DNA of 64,000 nt, taken from NCBI RefSeq assembly GCF_053078305.1, contig NZ_CP166879.1; one strand, 5' to 3'. Shown one piece after another: positions 1 to 9,859 of this stretch (the stretch's first letter is position 1; every line of letters begins with the position of its first letter). Position numbers and translations under genes: made by a program. The notes beneath the pieces are model-generated. The model was not told the DNA's origin, did not search any database, and saw nothing but the letters and a program-made list of their open reading frames with translations.

Positions 1-111
1 CCCGCTGATATCATGCCGCTCTACCTTTGGCTGATGGGCGATGACAGCCGCCGTAAAACCGGCATGACCTTTGACGCCCAACCGGGCCGTAAACCAGGAA
101 TTTCCCAATGA
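1..111 (+). CDS. yciK: 3' end of upstream gene (partial), probable short-chain dehydrogenase YciK
   Basis: Frame-1 translation ends ...GRKPGISQ with stop at 109-111 overlapping the btuR ATG (ATGA); yciK-btuR adjacency is from recalled K-12 gene order. Confidence 0.55.
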   Translation, partial: PADIMPLYLWLMGDDSRRKTGMTFDAQPGRKPGISQ

Positions 112-698
112 GTGATGAACGCTACCAACAGCGTCAGCAACGAGTGAAAGAGAAAGTAGATGCTCGTGTGGCCCAGGCCCAGGATGAACGCGGTATTATC
201 ATCGTCTTTACCGGCAATGGAAAAGGCAAAACCACCGCGGCATTTGGTACGGCAACACGCGCAGTTGGTCACGGAAAAAAAGTGGGCGTCGTGCAGTTTA
301 TTAAAGGCACCTGGCCTAATGGCGAACGCAATCTGCTGGAGCCACATGGCGTTGAGTTTCAGGTGATGGCAACGGGCTTTACCTGGGATACACAAAACCG
401 CGAGTCTGATACCGCCGCCTGCCGCGAAGTCTGGCAACATGCAAAGCGGATGCTTGCTGATTCCTCACTGGATATGGTTTTGCTCGATGAGCTGACATAT
501 ATGGTGGCGTATGACTATTTGCCACTGGAAGAAGTGTTGCAGGCGTTAAATGAACGTCCACATCAACAGACGGTGATTATCACGGGTCGAGGCTGTCATC
601 GGGATATTCTTGAACTGGCGGATACGGTGAGTGAGTTGCGCCCCATCAAACATGCGTTTGATGCCGGTGTAAAAGCGCAGATAGGGATCGATTATTAA
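108..698 (+). CDS. btuR: cob(I)alamin adenosyltransferase
   Basis: 196 aa ORF with P-loop-like GNGKGKTTAAFG and full-length match to recalled BtuR/CobO. Confidence 0.9.
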   Translation: MSDERYQQRQQRVKEKVDARVAQAQDERGIIIVFTGNGKGKTTAAFGTATRAVGHGKKVGVVQFIKGTWPNGERNLLEPHGVEFQVMATGFTWDTQNRESDTAACREVWQHAKRMLADSSLDMVLLDELTYMVAYDYLPLEEVLQALNERPHQQTVIITGRGCHRDILELADTVSELRPIKHAFDAGVKAQIGIDY

Positions 699-737
699 TC
701 TGTAAAAATGCCGGATATGACGTCCGGCATACTTTGA

Positions 738-1610
738 TTAACCGTTATTACGTCCGCCAGAACGACGACCGCCGCTCACCTGACTGTGACGTTTCACCGC
801 ACGACGAATCTGATTCGCCTTCATGCGACGACGGTCTTTTTCTACAGCGACTTTAGAGCTGGTTTCTGGCGGTAGCTCCACCAGTTCGCGCAGATAGTTA
901 GTCTGGGCGAGGTCCAGCTCCGTCCAGCCACCGCGTGGCAGACCTTTTGGCAGTGGGATATCACCGTAACGAACACGGATCAGGCGGCTCACCTGCACAC
1001 CAACCGCTTCCCACAGACGACGAACTTCACGGTTACGGCCTTCGGTCAGAGTCACGTTGTACCACTGGTTGATCCCTTCGCCGCCGCTGAACTTGATGGT
1101 TTTAAAAGCTGCCGGACCATCTTCCAACTGCACGCCACGACTCAAATCACGCAGTTTCGCGTCGTCAACCTGACCAAATACACGCACGGCATATTCACGT
1201 TCAACTTCACGGCTTGGGTGCATTAAACGGTTTGCCAGTTCACCATCGGTGGTGAACAGCAGCAGACCACAGGTATTAACGTCCAAGCGACCCACGGCAA
1301 TCCAGCGTGCGCCACGCAGTTTTGGCAGACGGTCAAACACCGTTGGACGTCCTTCCGGATCGTTACGGGTACACAACTCACCTTCCGGTTTGTAATAGGC
1401 CAGAACGCGACAAATTTGTTCAGCGGACTCACGTACCGAAATCAGGTGACCATCGATACGGATTTTCAATCCAGGGGTAACTTCAACGCGATCGCCGAGT
1501 TTAGCAATTTTGCCATCAACACTCACACGACCGGCTTCAATAATAGATTCGATTTCACGGCGAGAACCGTGGCCGGCACGCGCCAGCACTTTCTGTAGCT
1601 TTTCGCTCAT
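738..1610 (-). CDS. rluB: 23S rRNA pseudouridine synthase RluB
   Basis: 290 aa ORF, S4 domain plus pseudouridine synthase core and basic C-terminal tail, matches recalled RluB. Confidence 0.9.
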   Translation of the reverse strand: MSEKLQKVLARAGHGSRREIESIIEAGRVSVDGKIAKLGDRVEVTPGLKIRIDGHLISVRESAEQICRVLAYYKPEGELCTRNDPEGRPTVFDRLPKLRGARWIAVGRLDVNTCGLLLFTTDGELANRLMHPSREVEREYAVRVFGQVDDAKLRDLSRGVQLEDGPAAFKTIKFSGGEGINQWYNVTLTEGRNREVRRLWEAVGVQVSRLIRVRYGDIPLPKGLPRGGWTELDLAQTNYLRELVELPPETSSKVAVEKDRRRMKANQIRRAVKRHSQVSGGRRSGGRNNG

Positions 1611-1822
1611 AGAGCTTCCTTTTGGTGTCGCCTTCCCAGGCGTCTGATATGCTTTTGTGCAACAGTGAGTCAGAACTTACATCTGACTCACTGATAGTAA
1701 AGTCTGTTTGAACTCTTCAGGCCTTAAGTAAACGACTCGACGTTTTAACTGGCCTGGCTTTGAGGCGCAACATACTACACTATCTTTATGGTTAAAGCTT
1801 GTTTCGATTATCATCAGCTTAA

Positions 1823-2458
1823 TTACCAGCCACCACCGCCTCCGCCACCCGCGCCGCCGCCAGCACCACCACCGGAATAACTTCGCCCCAACAAACTGGT
1901 ATTGGCCCCCAGACTCAGGTGCATCTGTAATGAGAACAAAACGCCACTACGGGCAATTTCCGGGGCGCTAACAGCCGCTGTGAGTGATGGGGTGATACGT
2001 GCTACCCATTCTCTTCCAAGGTTTGCTGAGACTGCCCAACCTGGCAACGCGTAATCCAGTTTCCGTGTTTCCCCTTTCCGCCGCCGCCCACTGTGTGTTG
2101 CCGCCTCTTTACGCGCAAGATAGTTAACGATAGCTTCACCGTGGGCATAACGTTGCTGCCCAGTTTGGGTAAACTTTGGCAGAAAAATATACCCCATACC
2201 AGTGAGATAACCGGTCAGGAAAACAGCGCTAAAATAACCCGCTGGCATATACCAGTAAAAGAATACATCTCCGACATTGATATAGAGAGAATAAAAGGCC
2301 ACGCCTGAACAAATCAGCGGTAAAAACAAAGTGATGATTACACGATTAACGCAAGGCTTGTCATCATCGCGGGCAAACAAAAGCTCAAGGGAGCAAAATA
2401 AAAAAGGAAGAAGCCAGCAGATCATAATAAACATATCGCCCATGTAACCAGGTAAATC
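1823..2458 (-). pseudogene. yciQ: yciQ 3' fragment (C-terminal part of DUF2207-type membrane protein), separated from its 5' part by the prophage
   Basis: ORF with hydrophobic segments and Gly-rich C-terminus; the other half of the same gene is on the same strand at 41765-43030. Junction position approximate. Confidence 0.75.
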
Positions 2459-2459
2459 A

Positions 2460-2616
2460 TTTGATACCGACAAGGGTTTTAGTGAAAGGAGGTGAAATCA
2501 CCTGTAAGATACTGAAATAAAACAGGTGATCGATGATTCTGGAGGTTGTTTAGTTTTGATACTGATTAAATAAAATCCGGTATAAAATTAAGGTATCGGC
2601 AACAAATTTGATACTG
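2460..2616. repeat. left-end transposase-binding repeats (attL-like), copies of GATAC(C/T)G / CGGTATC
   Basis: Seen at 2460-2470, 2555-2566, 2592-2599 (inverted) and 2607-2616; same motif clustered at the right end. Confidence 0.6.
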
Positions 2617-2747
2617 CACATACTGCTTATGGACGTTTTTAAAAGTACTTAAAATGTCTTTTATGCTAAAAAGTTTATATCAATATCGATCTGGTCACAA
2701 ATCAAGTTGAAAGTGCTCGCTAAGTGCATAGCCTGGGCTTCATGGGG

Positions 2748-3266
2748 TTACGCTTTGGCTTCTTTATGGGTTAAATTGAAATGATGCTCCTTGGTTTCAT
2801 CTCCCTCGAAAATCTCTCTAACCTTTTGATCTGATAAATTATTAAGGCTCAATGCTGCCAGGCGTCGAATACCTGTTAAAGCGATCAACTCTTGATTCTC
2901 TTGATTGCAGAATTCCAGCAATTTTTCTACCCCTTTCCTTCTCAAGGTGTAAATAACTAATTCTTGCTCTTCTTGGCTCAAAGTGTCGATGAGTTCGAGC
3001 AACTCGCTATTGCCACCGTTCTTTTGAGGGGGCTGGTGTTTTATTTCTGCACTACCTGTAATGATGGAAACAACATGTGCAGGTAAGTCGCTTAAACGGT
3101 AGGCAAATGCTCTCCCTCTGATACCAGGTGTAGTTACCGAACGTTTTTCCCATCCTTCATTTTTTGCTCGTTTATGAAGCCCAGCCAGAGATGAAGGAAG
3201 ACCTCCAACCCCCAACAAGTCACTGGCAAGGATCCATTCTTGGTCAAGGATCATATCAAACTCCAT
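2748..3266 (-). CDS. Mu c-like repressor
   Basis: Leftward 172 aa ORF at the left end; its N-terminal motif DLxGxGGLPSSLAGLHKRAKNEGW is shared with the transposase N-terminus (DLPSSLAGLHKKAKREAW), as in Mu c and A. Confidence 0.75.
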   Translation of the reverse strand: MEFDMILDQEWILASDLLGVGGLPSSLAGLHKRAKNEGWEKRSVTTPGIRGRAFAYRLSDLPAHVVSIITGSAEIKHQPPQKNGGNSELLELIDTLSQEEQELVIYTLRRKGVEKLLEFCNQENQELIALTGIRRLAALSLNNLSDQKVREIFEGDETKEHHFNLTHKEAKA

Positions 3267-3483
3267 TTGATATTAACTTTTGTTTATATCTTTTATGCGG
3301 TTTATTTCAAAAATAACTCAATAAAAAACAAATAGATACAGAGCAAATTTAAAAATTTGAAATTAACCAGTTGATATTTACTAAGTTAATATCTAACATA
3401 TCAAACATACACTAGTGAGTAACTCAATAGAGTAGCACACATGAGTAATAAAGTTTGCCATAGAAAGTACACAGGGGGCCATT
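3267..3483. promoter_or_regulatory. divergent early promoter/operator region between repressor and ner
   Basis: AT-rich 217 bp intergenic region with reiterated TTGATAT(T)TAC / TTAATATCTAAC / ATATCAAAC half-sites. Confidence 0.5.
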
Positions 3484-3729
3484 GTGAGTCTTATTGAAGA
3501 TTGGTCTTCCGCCGATATAAAGGCAGCCTTAGAAAAACGCGATACCAATTTGTCACGTTTATCAAGGGAAAATAATTTGCAGCCTAGGACTTTGGGTAAT
3601 GCTTTGCGAGTTCCCTACCCTAAAGGTGAAAAGATAATTGCTAGGGCTATAGGTGTAGAGCCACAGGTTATTTGGCCTACTAGATATGAACGACGTGCGC
3701 GGAGGAAATATGTGGGTTGCAATGACTGA
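3484..3729 (+). CDS. ner: Ner-like DNA-binding regulator
   Basis: 81 aa ORF resembling recalled Mu Ner (…LSRLSR…TLGNAL…PKGEKIIA…EPQVIWPTRY), first rightward gene. Confidence 0.8.
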   Translation: MSLIEDWSSADIKAALEKRDTNLSRLSRENNLQPRTLGNALRVPYPKGEKIIARAIGVEPQVIWPTRYERRARRKYVGCND

Positions 3730-5794
3730 ATTGATTTCATTCAGTGACCTACCTAGTTCTTTGGCAGGTCTGCACAAAAAAGCAAAGAGGGAAGCGTGGA
3801 AAACGCGGCTAAAACCAGGGGTAAAAGGGAAAGTTTTAGAGTGTGAAATAGGAGCTTTGCCTTTAACTGTTCAGCAGGCAGTACGCGAACGCCATGCCCT
3901 GCAACTGATGACGCAAAAAGCCGATGAATCACCGGCTCCGGTGGTGACAAAGGCCAGACGCTCACCTGCCGTGGTTGATGCGGTGGAGGCATATCGCGGA
4001 TCACCCCAACTGATGGTCGAACGCCTCAATGCCCTGACTGAAAATCAGCGCCAGGTGGCTGATGCACGAATCGCGATCGTCAGCGAAGTTCTGAAAGTCG
4101 CGCAACAACCTGGTTTCAGCTGTGCGAAGGCTATCCGGTTTATCGTTGACAACCTGGCACGTTCGCAGTTGGACGAGCGCATTGTGGCAATGGTTGAGAC
4201 GGCGAACGCCAAAAAGGGAAACAGCCGCGCGTTAAGTGAAATCACGCTGAAACGCTGGATTGCGGCCTTTAACAAGGCGCAGAACGCCGCTGAACGCCTG
4301 CTTTTACTGGCACCGGGTAAGCGCCAGGAAATAAAAGCCGAAGATATTAACTGGCTGCCCGAATTTCTGGCGCAGTATCGCCAGTCAAACGGCCGACCAA
4401 TGACCGAGGCTTACGAGGATTTTGTCGCTGAATGGCAGCACCGGCACGCCGATGAGCCTTATATGCTCGATATCATGCCGTCTTATGACACCATTCGCCG
4501 CGCAATGAAGAAACTGCCGGAAGTGGTGAAACAAAAAGGCCGGGTGACCGGCAGTGAATACCGCCAGCTTGAGGGATTCACGCGCCGCGACTGGTCAAAA
4601 ATGCCGGTGAATTATGTCTGGATTGGTGACGGTCACGGCATGAAGCTGAAATGCGCACACCCGGTTCACGGTCGGCCATTTGCACCGGAAGTGACCTTTG
4701 TTATCGACGGTGGCACGCGCTTTGTGGTGGGCTGGAGCCTTGACCTGGCTGAAAATGTTTTCGCCGTAGCCGGTGCCATACAGCACGGCATTCGCCATCA
4801 CGGCAAACCGTTTCTGTATTACTCGGATAACGGCTCCGGGGAAACCGCCGACATCCTGGATAAGGAGGTTGTGGGGATACTGCCGCGACTGGGGATTAAT
4901 CACCCGACCGGGATTGCCGGTAATCCGCAGGGACGAGGCATTATCGAACGGCTTAACCGCACATTACCGATGCGCATAGCCCGTAAATACCGCACCTATT
5001 TCGGGAAAGGTGCAGATCGCGAGACGTTACGCAAAACCAACCGCGATTTACGCTCGGCATTTACTGCCCTGCAACAGGGCAAACGGCTGAACGCCCGGCA
5101 GCAGTCAGCGATGCGTGATTTACCGTCCTGGTCTGAACTGATTGATGCCATTCGTGACGGTGTTGAGTGGTACAACAACCGGCCGCACGATGAATTACCG
5201 GTGAAGCCGAACGGCAAGCATTACAGCCCGGCGGAGTTCAGAAAAAAACGCCTGGCGGAAGAGGACACGGAAATTGAATGGCTGTCCGATGTTGAGCTGC
5301 GGGATATGTTCCGGCCGATGGTGGAACGCCCTGTAAGACGCTGTGAAATACGCTGGCTGAATAATATTTACTACGCGCCCGAGCTGCGTGACGAGCATGG
5401 TCGTAAGGTGCTTATCAGCTATGACATTCATGATGCCGAACGAATTACCGTACGTCGCCTGGATGGCAGCGTGATTTGCGAGGCGGTATGGGACGGTAAT
5501 AAACGCGAAGCCTTCCCGGTTAGCGCGGAATACTACAAACAGCAGCAACGCCTTAAAGGCATGCGTAAACGCGCAGAGGAAAAAATCCGTGATGCCGAGG
5601 ATGAGGTTGTCAACGTGCTGGAGCACAAGCCGCAGGAGCCCTGGCTGGAAAACATATACCGCCCTGTGGGTAATACGGTGACCGTTCAGCAACCGGTCGC
5701 TGACGATGAACCTGATGAAGAATACGAGCGTAATTTCCAGCGGGGATTGCAGTTGCTGGAAGCGAAATTAAAAGAAAATGACCCGCTGGCCTGA
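3710..5794 (+). CDS. Mu-type DDE transposase A
   Basis: ~700 aa ORF with repressor-like N-terminal DNA-binding domain; GGAGG at 3701-3705 favours the ATG at 3710 over the in-frame ATG at 3686. Confidence 0.85.
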   Translation: MWVAMTELISFSDLPSSLAGLHKKAKREAWKTRLKPGVKGKVLECEIGALPLTVQQAVRERHALQLMTQKADESPAPVVTKARRSPAVVDAVEAYRGSPQLMVERLNALTENQRQVADARIAIVSEVLKVAQQPGFSCAKAIRFIVDNLARSQLDERIVAMVETANAKKGNSRALSEITLKRWIAAFNKAQNAAERLLLLAPGKRQEIKAEDINWLPEFLAQYRQSNGRPMTEAYEDFVAEWQHRHADEPYMLDIMPSYDTIRRAMKKLPEVVKQKGRVTGSEYRQLEGFTRRDWSKMPVNYVWIGDGHGMKLKCAHPVHGRPFAPEVTFVIDGGTRFVVGWSLDLAENVFAVAGAIQHGIRHHGKPFLYYSDNGSGETADILDKEVVGILPRLGINHPTGIAGNPQGRGIIERLNRTLPMRIARKYRTYFGKGADRETLRKTNRDLRSAFTALQQGKRLNARQQSAMRDLPSWSELIDAIRDGVEWYNNRPHDELPVKPNGKHYSPAEFRKKRLAEEDTEIEWLSDVELRDMFRPMVERPVRRCEIRWLNNIYYAPELRDEHGRKVLISYDIHDAERITVRRLDGSVICEAVWDGNKREAFPVSAEYYKQQQRLKGMRKRAEEKIRDAEDEVVNVLEHKPQEPWLENIYRPVGNTVTVQQPVADDEPDEEYERNFQRGLQLLEAKLKENDPLA

Positions 5795-5865
5795 AATAAA
5801 AAAATAACCCGAGCGGCGACTCAGGTTATTTGATTAAACAAGGTATCAAATGAAAGGTTAATAAT

Positions 5866-6798
5866 ATGACTGATATTAACGATGTAATCAAGACCATTGA
5901 TGAACTTATTGATGGCGGCGTACTGACGCAGTATGCCATCGCCAGAGAGGCGGGAATTTCCGACGGCACATTATCGGCTTTCCGTAAGGGAAAATATAAA
6001 GGCGATAACGCTGCTGTGGCTGCTTCCCTGCGTTCCTGGTATGAGAACTGGAATAAACAAAGCGCACTGCCGGAACCGCCGCAGTTTGTGGAAACGCAGA
6101 CAGTCCAGGAGCTGCGCACACTGTTTCAGGCGGTTCGTCTGATGGGCTGTATTAACGTTATTGTGGGCGTACCGGGTGTGGGTAAAACGGCCACTGCCCG
6201 TAATTACTGCCAGGAGCAACCAAACACCTGGATGATCACCCTGTCACCCGCGCACTCCAGCGTCACGGAGTGTCTGCTGGAGCTGGCCGATGCGCTGGGG
6301 ATTGATTACACCCGCGCGAACAAAGGGGCATTATCCCGCGCCATCCGCCGTCGCCTGATGGGAACGCGTGGACTGGTGATTGTGGATGAGGCGGATCATC
6401 TTGGTATTGACGGTCTGGAGCAACTCCGGGCAATTCAGGACGCCACGGGGATCGGGATGGTGCTTATTGGTAACCCGCGCGGATTGTTTAAAGGTGGACG
6501 CCGCGCCTTTGATGATTTATCGCGCCTGTTCAGCCGTCTTGCCCGTACAAAACAACTTCGCAAGGCCAAAAAGGCGGATGTGCTGGCCATTGCCAGTGCG
6601 TGGGGGATCAGTGGTGAGGCCGAGCTGGCCGTCATGCAGGCTATCGCTGAAAAGCCGGGAGCGTTACGCGTTCTGACACATACGCTTAACCAGGCGTGGC
6701 TCACCGCCAGCGGTGAAGGCGCGGCGCTGACAGAAAAACATATTAATGCGGCCTTTAAAGAGGTTTATACCAACCCTGAATTACTCTCACAGGTGTGA
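5866..6798 (+). CDS. MuB-like transposition ATPase / target DNA activator
   Basis: 310 aa with Walker A GVPGVGKT and Walker B LVIVDEAD, immediately after the transposase. Confidence 0.85.
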   Translation: MTDINDVIKTIDELIDGGVLTQYAIAREAGISDGTLSAFRKGKYKGDNAAVAASLRSWYENWNKQSALPEPPQFVETQTVQELRTLFQAVRLMGCINVIVGVPGVGKTATARNYCQEQPNTWMITLSPAHSSVTECLLELADALGIDYTRANKGALSRAIRRRLMGTRGLVIVDEADHLGIDGLEQLRAIQDATGIGMVLIGNPRGLFKGGRRAFDDLSRLFSRLARTKQLRKAKKADVLAIASAWGISGEAELAVMQAIAEKPGALRVLTHTLNQAWLTASGEGAALTEKHINAAFKEVYTNPELLSQV

Positions 6799-7022
6799 TT
6801 ATGGCGGTATTTAATATTCCTGATATTTACGGACGCTTTTACCTGGTTAATTTCGATAACGTGAAGGTGATTTCACTGGCCGAAAATAAAGAATGTGGCG
6901 ATTTACTTTTTGAATTTAATGACCGCACACGAATGGTGATATCTGCCGGACTTGATCGCGAAGGTGCGACAGACGTTTACAGCGGAATATGCCGTTCTGT
7001 TGGTGCGAAACAAGTCAGCTAA
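6795..7022 (+). CDS. hypothetical early-region protein
   Basis: 75 aa ORF overlapping the B stop codon. Confidence 0.35.
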   Translation: MIMAVFNIPDIYGRFYLVNFDNVKVISLAENKECGDLLFEFNDRTRMVISAGLDREGATDVYSGICRSVGAKQVS

Positions 7023-7289
7023 ATGAGGTGTTATATGAATATGCAATCCTGCGGTAACAAAATGAATTTATTCGACTCCCTGAACAGCGCGCGCCGTCTG
7101 ACCGAACTTGCCGGTGCGGTACTGGAACGCAGTAAGCGCTATCCGCAACGTTTTGCACTGAAAACCACGCCGCCGGTAGGCAACGTGCAGGGAACCGGTG
7201 AAATTGAAATCACCATACAGACCAACGGCCTGCGCCGCCGTGTGAAGGCCACCCGCATCAGCGGCTGCACGGTTTACTGGGAGGTGTGA
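7023..7289 (+). CDS. hypothetical early-region protein
   Basis: 88 aa ORF; true start may be an internal Met. Confidence 0.35.
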   Translation: MRCYMNMQSCGNKMNLFDSLNSARRLTELAGAVLERSKRYPQRFALKTTPPVGNVQGTGEIEITIQTNGLRRRVKATRISGCTVYWEV

Positions 7290-7366
7290 GGTGAAAAAAA
7301 AATCTCATTGCATGGGCGTGGTCGAGTGGTCTTATTGAGTTTGGTTACGTCCTGCCGGAAGGTGCA

Positions 7367-7573
7367 TTGCCGATAGTTGCCGGAAAGCCTGCCACGGTAC
7401 GGCATGTGATTGAGGTTATGGCGCGTCATGGACGTGATGAACAGGAGCAGTTACTGGTTCCGGGGATACCGGAAGCGGTGACGGAGGAAGAAGCCTTTAA
7501 TGCCATGATTCGGTTCTGCCGTGAGGTCAGACGCCGGGTCAGTTATCCAAACAGAACGAGGACCAGAGGATGA
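7367..7573 (+). CDS. hypothetical early-region protein
   Basis: 68 aa ORF, stop overlaps next start. Confidence 0.35.
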   Translation: MPIVAGKPATVRHVIEVMARHGRDEQEQLLVPGIPEAVTEEEAFNAMIRFCREVRRRVSYPNRTRTRG

Positions 7574-7842
7574 GTAAAGTCGTACGCATTATTTTCGAAT
7601 ACAAGGAGCACGTTATCCATAAAAACGCGGATGGAACAGTGCGCATGGGGATAAGTCTGGACATACGTTCAACCGGGATAAAGCAGAAAGGTGATGGACC
7701 TGCCATGATTTTTGGGGTGGTTATGCTCGCGGAAAGCAGAGACTTTGCTGAACTTGTGGCAATGAAAGCCAGTGCGCTCATGAAAGATATGAGCATGCGT
7801 TCCGGGGTTATTAAAGGTAATGAATTTAATCAGCAGGGGTAA
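7570..7842 (+). CDS. hypothetical small protein, tandem paralog 1
   Basis: 90 aa; N-terminus MSKVVRIIFEYKEHV parallels the next ORF. Confidence 0.45.
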   Translation: MSKVVRIIFEYKEHVIHKNADGTVRMGISLDIRSTGIKQKGDGPAMIFGVVMLAESRDFAELVAMKASALMKDMSMRSGVIKGNEFNQQG

Positions 7843-7846
7843 TTCC

Positions 7847-8140
7847 ATGAGCAAAGTACGCGTTATTTTTGAATTTAAGCATGTTTCGCATGACGAAAAA
7901 CCGGCAGGCAATGACTGTGTTGAAGTGCATGAAAAGATTGGTGTGGATGTAAAAACAGAACGTGATACGAATAACAGGCCGACGTCACTCTGTGACGTTT
8001 ATGTAAGTATTCTCCAGTATCACAGTCCTGAAATTATTCAGTTTCTCTCAGCGGAATTTCAGGCATCTGTACAGGCTTTTGGGGCGGATGCCATCATTAA
8101 ACGCCACCGCGTGCATAAAGCATCAGGCACACTGCAATAA
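7847..8140 (+). CDS. hypothetical small protein, tandem paralog 2
   Basis: Starts MSKVRVIFEFKHV at the ATG at 7847 (ORF track start 7820 is further upstream in frame). Confidence 0.45.
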   Translation: MSKVRVIFEFKHVSHDEKPAGNDCVEVHEKIGVDVKTERDTNNRPTSLCDVYVSILQYHSPEIIQFLSAEFQASVQAFGADAIIKRHRVHKASGTLQ

Positions 8141-8151
8141 GGAAAAACAAA

Positions 8152-8682
8152 ATGGCAAAACGCGTTACAAAATTAAAGGCCGCAGCAGAGGCGGCACCGC
8201 AGACCCGTGAAGAGGTCAGCCGCGATATCCGCACCCTGGGCGATATTCAGCGAGAGGCGCTGCGCCTGGAAACAGCGATGAATGATGAAGTGGCAGAAAT
8301 CACCGCCCGTTATACGCCGCAGATTGAAAACCTTAAAAAAGAAATCAAAGTGCTTTTTAAGGGGATTCAGGACTGGTGCAAAACCAACCGTGATGAGCTG
8401 ACGAACGGCGGCAAAACCAAAACTGCCAATCTGACCACCGGAACAGTGTCATGGCGGCTGGGAAATCCATCATGCAGCGTCAGCCGTGATGTGGAAGGTG
8501 TGATTGAAATGCTGCGCCGTATGGGGCTTGAGCGATTCATCCGCACGAAAGAGGAAGTGAACAAGGAAGCGGTCCTGGCGGAGCCGGATGCAGTGAAAGG
8601 CATTGCCGGTATTAAGGTGAATAAAGGCGCTGAAAGTTTTTATGTCGAGCCTTTTGAACAGGACGCCGGACTGAATAAATAA
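8152..8682 (+). CDS. gam: Gam-like host-nuclease inhibitor (DNA end-binding)
   Basis: 176 aa with strong resemblance to recalled Mu Gam (…IGDIQREALRLETAMNDEVAEITARY…NRDELTNGGKTKTANLTTGTVSWR…ERFIRTKEEVNKEA…). Confidence 0.85.
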   Translation: MAKRVTKLKAAAEAAPQTREEVSRDIRTLGDIQREALRLETAMNDEVAEITARYTPQIENLKKEIKVLFKGIQDWCKTNRDELTNGGKTKTANLTTGTVSWRLGNPSCSVSRDVEGVIEMLRRMGLERFIRTKEEVNKEAVLAEPDAVKGIAGIKVNKGAESFYVEPFEQDAGLNK

Positions 8683-8779
8683 CACCGCATTAAATCTTTA
8701 AATATCACATCGTTTTAAGTATGGCGCTCGCGTCAGGGGACTGTCTGCGCCTGTAAACTGAAAATAAGGAACAGGATAT

Positions 8780-9322
8780 ATGGCATATTTTTATTTCAAA
8801 TTAGACCGTGTGCAGACAAATAAATATTTCACCAAATATCAACAGACTGTTTTACCGCTACGCAACAGTATTCTTCGGGCATTACTGAAAAATACAGGCG
8901 CTGCCGGATTGCGCTTAAAGCCGTTTGCCATGGACGTAATCAGTGAGTTTTATTTTTCTGGTACTCTGCCTGCGGGCTGGCGTAAGCGCGATGATGTGGC
9001 TTTTATCGGGGACGGACCGTGCTTTATTGCCAGACCTGATGAGTCATGCCCTGAAGGACCGGCGATTGCCGCAATGATTGAAGCCGCTGAACGCGAGTTA
9101 AGAAAGCGTCCTGATTTCCTTGTCTGGCTCTGTGAAAAGCTGGGGGTAATGAGAATCCCCTCCATGTTTAACATGGACTCCTGGTGGACCCCGTCGCTCT
9201 CCCGTGATGCCCTGTGCGTGGTGTTTAAAGTAGGCGCTTATGGCAGGGAAATAAAAGGGGGTATTCCTGAAGAATGCCAGGAGATTAAACATTCTGAATA
9301 TGTGGCGCTGACGGAGGAATAA
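8780..9322 (+). CDS. hypothetical protein
   Basis: 180 aa ORF, no recognised motif. Confidence 0.4.
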   Translation: MAYFYFKLDRVQTNKYFTKYQQTVLPLRNSILRALLKNTGAAGLRLKPFAMDVISEFYFSGTLPAGWRKRDDVAFIGDGPCFIARPDESCPEGPAIAAMIEAAERELRKRPDFLVWLCEKLGVMRIPSMFNMDSWWTPSLSRDALCVVFKVGAYGREIKGGIPEECQEIKHSEYVALTEE

Positions 9323-9325
9323 TTC

Positions 9326-9859
9326 ATGATTGATGCAAAAGTGCTTGAAGGGGTTAAAAACTGGCTGAGTATTTACGGGCGTCTGACCTGCGGAGTTCTG
9401 GCTGAAAAAATGAATATGCCGCCATCCTCGATGGTTTATTTTCTGCGTGATGCGGTTGATGCCGGGGTGCTGACGGAATGTAACGGTTTTTATGATATTC
9501 CGCGTCCCCGCCCGGTGCAGCCGGTTCGTCGCAAATGCAGCCAGGAGTCTGCGGCTGATGATGTTCAGTGGTGCAGCTTCAGAAAATCCCTGCCGTGGAT
9601 TGAGGGGCATGATATTCCGTCGATGGCGTGGGAATTTGCTCAGGGCATACTGACCTGTGAAACCGTTTATGTGGTGGCTGAAGTTGATGAGCAGGCCATG
9701 AAAGAAGGCGTGCCCCAGTTTGTGATGGCGTATATCGACATACGCCTGGGTGTCATTATCTGCGGTTTAAGCGGCTGGAATATCACCTCGCGCGTTCTGC
9801 GTTACCTGATTGTTGACCGGACGGCCGCGCCTGCCGGGATATCTGCGGAGGTGGCGTAA
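9326..9859 (+). CDS. hypothetical protein
   Basis: 177 aa ORF, tightly spaced after the previous gene. Confidence 0.4.
   Translation: MIDAKVLEGVKNWLSIYGRLTCGVLAEKMNMPPSSMVYFLRDAVDAGVLTECNGFYDIPRPRPVQPVRRKCSQESAADDVQWCSFRKSLPWIEGHDIPSMAWEFAQGILTCETVYVVAEVDEQAMKEGVPQFVMAYIDIRLGVIICGLSGWNITSRVLRYLIVDRTAAPAGISAEVA

Noticed and set aside
5195-5692. 165 aa minus-strand ORF inside the transposase gene
   Set aside because: Fully antisense to a well-supported CDS, with no SD and no recognisable features; treated as a chance ORF.
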